A DNA stretch of 64,000 bases, taken from contig CAWFQK010000007.1 in NCBI GenBank assembly GCA_963817955.1, forward strand, positions 1 through 64,000, in the 5' to 3' direction. The notes beneath the pieces were generated by a model that was not told the origin of the DNA, did no database searches, and was given only the letters and a program-made list of their open reading frames with translations. The first letter of the stretch is position 1. Each line of letters starts with the position of its first letter. A program made the translations under genes and the position numbers. This document shows positions 57,430 through 64,000 of this stretch, one piece after another. The stretch comes from an uncultured Gemmatimonadaceae bacterium. Its GTDB lineage: Bacteria; Gemmatimonadota; Gemmatimonadetes; Gemmatimonadales; Gemmatimonadaceae.

Positions 57430-57637
57430 CACGCAGCCATTCCTGACCCGCGTTGGCGGCGCCGGCCCGCTGGTTCTCGGCGGAGATGTCGCTGACGATT
57501 TCGCCGCGCAGGATGGTGACCTCGCTGGGTGCTTCGATGCCCAGTCGTACGCCACCGCGGTCACAGGCGAGCACGACGACGCGAATGTGGTCGCCGATCA
57601 TGATCGAGTCGCCGACCTTCCGGCCAAGAATCAGCAT
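57398..57637 (-). CDS. csrA: Carbon storage regulator CsrA
   Basis: MLILGRKVGDSIMIG...VRLGIEAP..V.ILRGEI. Confidence 0.93.
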   Translation of the reverse strand: MLILGRKVGDSIMIGDHIRVVVLACDRGGVRLGIEAPSEVTILRGEIVSDISAENQRAGAANAGQEWLRVIGGPRRDEP

Positions 57638-57646
57638 CCCTGAAAA

Positions 57647-59071
57647 CTAGCGTCCGAGATCGATCAGCGTTTGCGCCATGTCGTTCACCACGGACACGAG
57701 CCGGGCTGCCGCCTGGTACGCTTGCTGGTGTTGAATGACGTTGATGAGCTCTTCGTCTGTCGAGACGCCGCTGACGCTCTGGCGCTGCGTATCCGCGTTC
57801 GACGTCAACGTGGTCTGTACGGTGGAATCGTCCTGTGCCTGGCGGGTGGCCGTCGCGACGTCAGCGACCGTCTGATTGTAGAAGTCGCCAAAGCTCGCCG
57901 TCGTCGTCTGGGCGCCCGGCAAATTCAGTGTGACGGCCGTGGTGTTCAGCGCGGCGAGTGCCGTCGCAACGTCGTTGTTTCCCGGCCCCGTCGCTGTCCC
58001 GCCCGACGCGGTCACGTCGGCGGCTGTGAGCGAGGGCACGATGCGGATGCCGCGTGCCGTGAGTAGCGGATCGACGCCCGTTGGTGCCGGATTCGTGACG
58101 TCAAAGAAGTTTCCCGCCGGCGCCCCCACCGGCGGAGTGCCCGTGTACACGGTCCCGGCGGCGTGAATGCCGTTGACGGTTTGGACAATTCCGCTCGCCA
58201 ACGAGTCCAGACTCTGCATCACTGTCGGAATCGTCGTCGCCGAGATGCTGATCTCGGCGCCAATGCTGCCGCCGGCACCGTCGATTGCCGCCGTGCTGCC
58301 GGAGAACGACACGGTCGGCGGTTGACCGTTGTTCATCTGTAACGAATACACTGCCGTACCGTCGACGAGCACGCGGCCGCCGACGTACACGGCGGTGCTG
58401 CCGTTCGCCCGGTCGACGGTTTGACCGCCGATGAGCTTTGCCGTCTGGTCGAGTAGGTTGTCGCGTTGGTCGCGCAAGTCGTTCGCCGTCGTGCCGTTCG
58501 ACTCCGCCGCCACGATTTGCTTGTTCAGCGCGGCGATCTGGGTCGACAGCGAATTGACCTGGGCGACATCGGCGGCGAGGGACACGCGATTGTCGTGATC
58601 GAGGCTATCGAGCTGACTCGCAAACCGGTTGAGCGTGGAGGCGACGTCGGCGCCTGCTTCGCGGACGACGCTCTTCGCGGGGCCATTCGTCGGATCGTTC
58701 GCCAGATTGCCCCACGACGACCAGAATGCGTCGAGCGACGCGCTGAGGCCGTTGTCGCTTGGCTCATTGAGGATCGATTGCACCTGCGTGAGCGCCTGAT
58801 TCGTCGTGTCGGCGGCTGACGAGGCGGCCGAGTCGCTGCGGAACGTCGTGTCGAGCAACGCGTCGCGCGCGCGCGTGATGCTGGCGACGCGAACGCCGGT
58901 GCCGACCGAGCCGTAGGAAAAGACCGACGGCTGCGCCGCCGTGAGGTTCACGGTCTCACGTGAGTATCCCACCGTTTTCGCGTTGCTGATATTCTGCGAC
59001 GCGGTCTGCATGGCAATCTGCTGCGCATTCATGCCGGACCGCACCTGATTCAGTATGCTGCCGATGCTCAT
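57647..59071 (-). CDS. flgK: Flagellar hook-associated protein FlgK
   Basis: NISNAKTVGYSR, NDLRDQRD, SGVSTDEE, QQAYQAAA. Confidence 0.95.
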   Translation of the reverse strand: MSIGSILNQVRSGMNAQQIAMQTASQNISNAKTVGYSRETVNLTAAQPSVFSYGSVGTGVRVASITRARDALLDTTFRSDSAASSAADTTNQALTQVQSILNEPSDNGLSASLDAFWSSWGNLANDPTNGPAKSVVREAGADVASTLNRFASQLDSLDHDNRVSLAADVAQVNSLSTQIAALNKQIVAAESNGTTANDLRDQRDNLLDQTAKLIGGQTVDRANGSTAVYVGGRVLVDGTAVYSLQMNNGQPPTVSFSGSTAAIDGAGGSIGAEISISATTIPTVMQSLDSLASGIVQTVNGIHAAGTVYTGTPPVGAPAGNFFDVTNPAPTGVDPLLTARGIRIVPSLTAADVTASGGTATGPGNNDVATALAALNTTAVTLNLPGAQTTTASFGDFYNQTVADVATATRQAQDDSTVQTTLTSNADTQRQSVSGVSTDEELINVIQHQQAYQAAARLVSVVNDMAQTLIDLGR

Positions 59072-59604
59072 CAGATTCTCCGATCGACCAGGCTGTGCGC
59101 TTGCGTGCGGACCTGTGGCGCGGATGGCGTGGCATACACCGGTAATTCCTCTGCGCCGGCGAGCGTGCGGGCGTAAGCGTCCCCGGAGGCGAGTGCGTCG
59201 CGGAGAATGCGGCGATTCAGGGCGACCTCGCGCGACAACAGGCGCGCGGTGTTGTGCAGATCGTCGCGCGCCAGGCGGAGCGCGGTCGTCATACGCGGAC
59301 CGAGCACCTCGTCGAGGCTGTGAATGCCCAGGTCCTCATTCTGACCGATGAGCGTATTCAGCGCGCGGCGTCGGCGGCGCGCTTCACTGAGTGTGACGAG
59401 CACGCGGTGCGTGGCGAACACGCTGTCGTCCACGGCCTGGAGATCGTCTTCGCCGACCGCTGAGCGTTGGCGCCGAAGGACCGTGATGAGCTCATCGAGC
59501 AGCCGGCGCTCGGTCACGAGAGCGTCGGTGAAAGAATCCACCGTCGACACGATGGTCCGGGTCACGGGTGACGGATCGCCGGTCTTCTGATCGGTCGGCA
59601 TCAT
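59071..59604 (-). CDS. flgN: Flagellar export chaperone FlgN
   Basis: Helical 177-aa protein directly upstream of flgK. Confidence 0.7.
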   Translation of the reverse strand: MMPTDQKTGDPSPVTRTIVSTVDSFTDALVTERRLLDELITVLRRQRSAVGEDDLQAVDDSVFATHRVLVTLSEARRRRRALNTLIGQNEDLGIHSLDEVLGPRMTTALRLARDDLHNTARLLSREVALNRRILRDALASGDAYARTLAGAEELPVYATPSAPQVRTQAHSLVDRRI

Positions 59605-59933
59605 TTCGACGGTGGGGAGCCGGGAGTTTCAGCTGCCGGCGGCGCAAGTCGCTGACGAAGCTGCTGGTACAAGGCGTTGGAGAGCGAATGTTCGCCGTTC
59701 CACTGTGCGGGAACCTGCTCGGACAATTTTTCGTCGAGCATGCTCGTGAACGTGCTTTCGCCGTTGTTTTGCGAGACCAGTCCGTCATCGGGCACGGTAT
59801 CGCGCATCGCGGCGAACATGCGCTGTACGAACAGGCCTTCGAGCTGTGAAGCGCTCTTCTTGAGGCGCGCGTCGTCGGCCGCGGCCGATGGATGCACCGG
59901 CGGCTGCGTCATCGAAGGAGGGCGGACGGTCAT
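59601..59933 (-). CDS. flgJ: Short FlgJ rod-binding protein (no muramidase domain)
   Basis: QLEGLFVQRMFAAMRDTVP...LYQQL. Confidence 0.88.
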   Translation of the reverse strand: MTVRPPSMTQPPVHPSAAADDARLKKSASQLEGLFVQRMFAAMRDTVPDDGLVSQNNGESTFTSMLDEKLSEQVPAQWNGEHSLSNALYQQLRQRLAPPAAETPGSPPSK

Positions 59934-60985
59934 CGGATGACCACTTCGGCCGCGATGGCGCCTATGGCGCGCAGTGATTCGAATATTGCGGCAATCTCGG
60001 CCGGCGGCGTTTGCACGGCGTGCAGCGCGGCAGCCACGCGCGTGACCGGTGTACCGGACGGCATGCGCAGGTTGTTCGGCGCAGCGGCGGTTGTATCCGT
60101 TGCCCCGATGGTGAGCGTGATACCGCCGTGGCTCACCGTGGCCTCTCCAATCGTGAGATCGCCGCCGGCCATGATCGTGCCATCGCGACCATCGATGATC
60201 AGTCGGGCAATGCGCTGTGGCTGCACGCGCATATCCTGAATGCGCGCCAGAACCGTGGCGTGATCATCCTTCTGTGTCTTGAGTGAGAGCGCAATCGCTC
60301 CCGGATCCTCGACCGACGCAGTGCCCTCGCCCAACTCCTTGTTGATCGCGGTGGCGATCCGCGTCGCCATCGTGACGTCTGGGTCGCGGAGCAACAGCGT
60401 GGAACTGGTCGCGAACTGCGGTCGCGGCAGGTCAGCTTCGAGCAGGCCGCCCGATGGGATGCGCGCCGAATTCTCGATCGACGAACTCCGGCCCGCGCCG
60501 AGGTCGGCCATGAGCACCGCTCCCTGCGCTGACGCGACCGGGTCGCCGCCGACATCGGAAAGCAACGGCGTCATCCACAGCACACCGCCGCGCAGCGATC
60601 GCGCATCGCCCATCGACGAAACGTGCACCTCGAATTTGCCGCCGGCGCGCAGGTACGGCGACACCTCGGCGGTGACCAGCACCGCGGCGATGTTGCGCGT
60701 CTTCAGCGCTTCGACTGGCAGCTGAATGCCGAACCGCCGAAGCAGGTTGACGACGGAGTTCACGGTCATGCCGCCCTGTTTGCCGCCGCTCGAGCGATCG
60801 CCGGTGCCATCGAGGCCGATTACGAGGCCGTACCCCATGAGGCGCAACGGAATGGCTTTGTCCTCGATCGTGAGATCGCGGATGCGGATCATTTCTTGAG
60901 CATCGAGTACGGAGGGGCGAGTAGCGAGTGTCGCGAGACACACCAGTACCGCCCACGCTGACCAGAACTTCCGTGCGCTCATCAT
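59930..60985 (-). CDS. flgI: Flagellar P-ring protein
   Basis: GYGLVIGLDGTGD, NIAAVLVTA, SMGDARSLRGG. Confidence 0.95.
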   Translation of the reverse strand: MMSARKFWSAWAVLVCLATLATRPSVLDAQEMIRIRDLTIEDKAIPLRLMGYGLVIGLDGTGDRSSGGKQGGMTVNSVVNLLRRFGIQLPVEALKTRNIAAVLVTAEVSPYLRAGGKFEVHVSSMGDARSLRGGVLWMTPLLSDVGGDPVASAQGAVLMADLGAGRSSSIENSARIPSGGLLEADLPRPQFATSSTLLLRDPDVTMATRIATAINKELGEGTASVEDPGAIALSLKTQKDDHATVLARIQDMRVQPQRIARLIIDGRDGTIMAGGDLTIGEATVSHGGITLTIGATDTTAAAPNNLRMPSGTPVTRVAAALHAVQTPPAEIAAIFESLRAIGAIAAEVVIR

Positions 60986-61653
60986 GGCCAGAAGACGTTG
61001 ACGAGCCGACCGATGATCCCACCGCGGGTCTTGCCGAGATCGCCGGTGAGCTGATAGGTGAGCTGCGCGTCCGCCACGCGTTCGCTGGCGATGATATTGT
61101 CCGGCGAAACGTCTTGTGGACGCACCCAGCCGGTGAAGTTCAGCGTCTGTTTGTTCTTATCCACGTCAACGAGCTTCAGACCCTTCACTTGCAGGAGTCC
61201 CGTTCGGTCCACCGCGACGACGCGAACGCTGATGTCGCCCTTGAAGTTGACGTTCCGCTTCGCGTCACCGGTCTGGGTGGACGCCGCGTTCTTATCCATG
61301 TTCATCGTCGCGTCGATCGATGGCAGGGCCGTTGTGCCAACTTTCGGCGGCACGAGACCGAGGTCGTTCTTGCGCGTTTGCTGATCGGTGCCGCCCTGCG
61401 ACTTGGCCGCCGACGCGAGCGTCGCCTCGCTGACCAGCACGGTGATGACATCGCCCACCTGGTACTCGTGGCGGTCCGCGGTCCAGGATGAGAGACGGCG
61501 CGCCGGCGTCGCCGCCGCTGCCGCTGCCGCTGCCGCTGCGGTTGCGGTTGCGGTTGCGGTTGCCGGTACCGGCTGGTTCTTGGTCTGCGCGAGCAGCAAT
61601 GGCGCGCCCAACAGCAGCAGGATAATCGAGAGAACGGCTTTGATACGATTCAT
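60982..61653 (-). CDS. flgH: Flagellar L-ring protein
   Basis: VGDVITVLVSE, GWVRPQDV, SERVADA. Confidence 0.92.
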   Translation of the reverse strand: MNRIKAVLSIILLLLGAPLLLAQTKNQPVPATATATATAAAAAAAAAATPARRLSSWTADRHEYQVGDVITVLVSEATLASAAKSQGGTDQQTRKNDLGLVPPKVGTTALPSIDATMNMDKNAASTQTGDAKRNVNFKGDISVRVVAVDRTGLLQVKGLKLVDVDKNKQTLNFTGWVRPQDVSPDNIIASERVADAQLTYQLTGDLGKTRGGIIGRLVNVFWP

Positions 61654-61663
61654 TGTGAATTCC

Positions 61664-62113
61664 TCAATCGATGCGGGCGCGGCCCGGTGCCACGACTATT
61701 GCCTGCAAGCGACGGCCGGTTTCGGTGCGAACGCTTATGCGGTCGCCGAGCGACGCGTCATGCGACGCAATGCCGCGCAAGGTCAGCCGCACATTCTTAT
61801 CGCTCCATTCCACCTGGACGAGCGAATTCGCCTCGACGAGAACGGGCCGTTCCACGGCCGGCGATCGAAGCACTTCGCCCGCGCTGATCACGCGCCGCGT
61901 GACCCATCCAGGCGACACACTGTCGGCCGGCGACTGCGCGGTCGTGTCGCGAAACGAGATGTCATCTGCGGTGAGTACAGTGCCGCGCGCCAGCGGCCGC
62001 GCCGCAACCGCGGCGCGATGCGGTGGCTGCTGGGCCACCGCGAGGCGCGCCGTCAATAGCGCGAGTGCGGCGAGTGCCACGAGCACGATCGGGCGTAACA
62101 GACGCTGCGTCAC
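61664..62113 (-). CDS. flgA: P-ring assembly chaperone FlgA (short, SAF domain)
   Basis: ARPLARGTVLTADD, GDRISVR; lies between flgG and flgH. Confidence 0.85.
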   Translation of the reverse strand: MTQRLLRPIVLVALAALALLTARLAVAQQPPHRAAVAARPLARGTVLTADDISFRDTTAQSPADSVSPGWVTRRVISAGEVLRSPAVERPVLVEANSLVQVEWSDKNVRLTLRGIASHDASLGDRISVRTETGRRLQAIVVAPGRARID

Positions 62114-62114
62114 G

Positions 62115-62903
62115 TTACCGCACCATTTCGGTGGCGGTCTGCGACATCTCGTCGGCCGCCTTCACGGCTTTGGAGTTGAGCTCATACGCGCGTTGCGCGC
62201 TGATCATGTCCACCATCTCCTGCACGATCTCCACGTTACTGCCCTCGAGCTGCCCCTGAACAAGACGGCCCATGCCTTCGTCGAGCGGGTACCCGGTGGT
62301 CGCCTCGCCGGAAGCCGGCGTGGCGGCGTAGATATTCTGACCCATGGCCTCCAGCCCGCTCGGATTCGCGAAGCGCGCCAACTCGATGCGACCAAGCTCC
62401 GTGACATCGCTGCCGGCACCCTTGGACCCGCTGACCACGCCGGTTGGCGAGATGTTGACGTCGGTGACATCTGATGGGATCTTGATGCCCGCGCCAACCT
62501 GATAGCCATCTGACGTGACCAGCACGCCCTGATCGGATATCTGGAAACTGCCATCGCGAGTGTAGGCGGTCTGGCCGCTCGGGAGCTGGACTGGAAAGAA
62601 CCCTTCGCCGTCGATCCCGACGTCGAGCGAGCGCCCGGTCTGCTCGAGCGCGCCCTGGCTCTGCAGTCGGGTCACGGCCGTGAGGTGCGTACCCCGACCA
62701 ATCTGGATAGCCGGTGCCGTGTTCGTTTCGGAGCTGCCGAGTACCTGGGGACCTTGCATGTTCTGATACAGCAGGTCCTCGAACTGGGCTCGCCCACGTT
62801 TGAAACCCGTGGTGTTCACGTTCGCCAGGTTGTTGGCGATGACTTCCGTACGCGTCTGTTGCGCGGCCATGCCGGTTGCAGCGGTACTCAGGGCGGGATT
62901 CAT
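62115..62903 (-). CDS. flgG: Flagellar distal rod protein
   Basis: ANNLANVNTTGFK, FEDLLYQ, YTRDGSF, LEGSNV, QRAYE. Confidence 0.96.
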   Translation of the reverse strand: MNPALSTAATGMAAQQTRTEVIANNLANVNTTGFKRGRAQFEDLLYQNMQGPQVLGSSETNTAPAIQIGRGTHLTAVTRLQSQGALEQTGRSLDVGIDGEGFFPVQLPSGQTAYTRDGSFQISDQGVLVTSDGYQVGAGIKIPSDVTDVNISPTGVVSGSKGAGSDVTELGRIELARFANPSGLEAMGQNIYAATPASGEATTGYPLDEGMGRLVQGQLEGSNVEIVQEMVDMISAQRAYELNSKAVKAADEMSQTATEMVR

Positions 62904-62921
62904 GATCGTTGCTCCAGTTCT

Positions 62922-63623
62922 CTACAGCGGTTTCGCGAGCTGTGTCGTGATCGTTTCGTTGGCCTGATCCATCTCGGTGATCGCCTTCTGCACCGACGCG
63001 TACGCACGCTGTACGGCGACCATGTCCACGAGCGACGTCATGGAATTGACGTTGCTCTCTTCCACGAATCCTTGCTTGACGTTTCGGGCGTCGGGCGCGA
63101 TCGCTTGCCGAGTTGCGGGGGGAATCCACAGCGATTGGCCCTCGCGCGAGAGCTCCGTCCCCTGCGGAGCGGCTTCCATGCGTAGGCGATCGACGATCTG
63201 GCCGTTCTGGCTCACTGCTCCGGTCCGGTCCACATCCACAGGTCCATCCTTCAGCGTTAGCGGCTCGTTCTTCTTCATGCCGAGTAGTGGGCGCCCGTCG
63301 GCATCGACGAGGTGATGCTTCTCGTCGAGCCGCAGACTGCCGCCGCGGGTGTAACGCTCGCCGTTCGGCGTGGCGACGACGAAGAACCCTGGGCCGTCGA
63401 TCGCCGTGTCGAGGGCGTTGCCGGTTTGCCGGAGATTGCCCGTGCTGAGATCTGATTGTGTGTTCGCCACCGGGCGTACGCCGTCGAGCAGACTCGCGAA
63501 CACGCGTTGCGCCTTGAACCCGTCGGTTGAGACGTTGGCAAGGTTGTTGGCCACGATCTCCTGCTTGCGCTCCCAATAACGAAGGGCGCTGGAGGCGCTG
63601 TCCATACCGTTCAATTGAGGCAT
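62922..63623 (-). CDS. flgF: Flagellar proximal rod protein
   Basis: ANNLANVSTDGFK, YTRGG, EESNVN; directly upstream of flgG. Confidence 0.88.
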   Translation of the reverse strand: MPQLNGMDSASSALRYWERKQEIVANNLANVSTDGFKAQRVFASLLDGVRPVANTQSDLSTGNLRQTGNALDTAIDGPGFFVVATPNGERYTRGGSLRLDEKHHLVDADGRPLLGMKKNEPLTLKDGPVDVDRTGAVSQNGQIVDRLRMEAAPQGTELSREGQSLWIPPATRQAIAPDARNVKQGFVEESNVNSMTSLVDMVAVQRAYASVQKAITEMDQANETITTQLAKPL

Positions 63624-63716
63624 GTGGCGACTAGTCCGAAGCGGCTGGAGGGCGGAAGGCGAGACGACAACGAGCGGTGGAGCTACAAGAACTTCCTGTA
63701 CGCGTTCCATGGGAAA

Positions 63717-63733
63717 GGCAACGGCCATGCCCC
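63717..63733 (-). promoter_or_regulatory. sigma54 promoter of the flgF operon
   Basis: Minus strand GGGGCATGGCCGTTGCC, GG-N10-GC with TTGC at -12. Confidence 0.7.
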
Positions 63734-63984
63734 GTCATTGTCCGCTCGACTATTGCGCGTAACGCCTTGTTGCATGGTCGCTTACGCGGCGTTTCTCCGT
63801 TCTGTCGGCCAAGGGCTGCGGCAGGCAATTGTTGCCGGTATGGATGGAATTGCCGGGTCATGACACCGGCACCGGATGCCGGTTCACCCACAAATGCAAA
63901 GATCCGGGCTTGTACGCCCGGATCTCGCCCTGCCATCCCTCACCCTTTCGGGAGATGTGTCTTCGCGGAAACGAGTGGGCGAAT

Positions 63985-64000
63985 TGCCTGTCATCCTGAG
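63985..64000 (+). repeat. Start of a third REP-like element, cut by the window edge
   Basis: TGCCTGTCATCCTGAG identical to 9249-9264. Confidence 0.7.

Noticed and set aside
61505..61567. Hexamer repeats (GCCGCT, GCGGTT) in flgH as a phase-variation tract
   Set aside because: In-frame Ala/Thr linker; unit changes would not shift the frame

Overview
High-GC bacterial chromosomal window; the gene style suggests Gemmatimonadota (inference, not verified). It is mostly housekeeping: a kinase-M23-aminotransferase III fusion; SAM-cycle genes (ArsR/methyltransferase regulator, ahcY, metK); a protease-rich block (two M13, TldD/TldE, serpin, M16 pair, S8, S9); deoC plus a two-domain aldehyde dehydrogenase; ada; pntAB; a Ser/Thr kinase; treZ plus a glycogen debranching enzyme; a Rieske-FAD reductase; a frameshifted large Lhr helicase; and a flagellar cluster (motAB, csrA, flgKNJIHAGF). 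The most unusual signals are non-coding. (1) The metK leader folds by hand into a SAM-II-like pseudoknot coupled to a terminator/anti-terminator switch. (2) About 800 bp next to a toxin-antitoxin pair consists of two abutting arrays with an exact 21-nt period, where only a 3-4 nt anchor is conserved. (3) Two copies of a MITE-like element have long inverted repeats built from tandem GAGAACTGCA units and carry a stub resembling a GxxExxY nuclease gene. (4) A three-copy ~120-nt repeat varies in a way that fits a minus-strand RNA structure. No rRNA, tRNA, CRISPR array or intact transposase was recognised. All calls are by eye; no searches were run.
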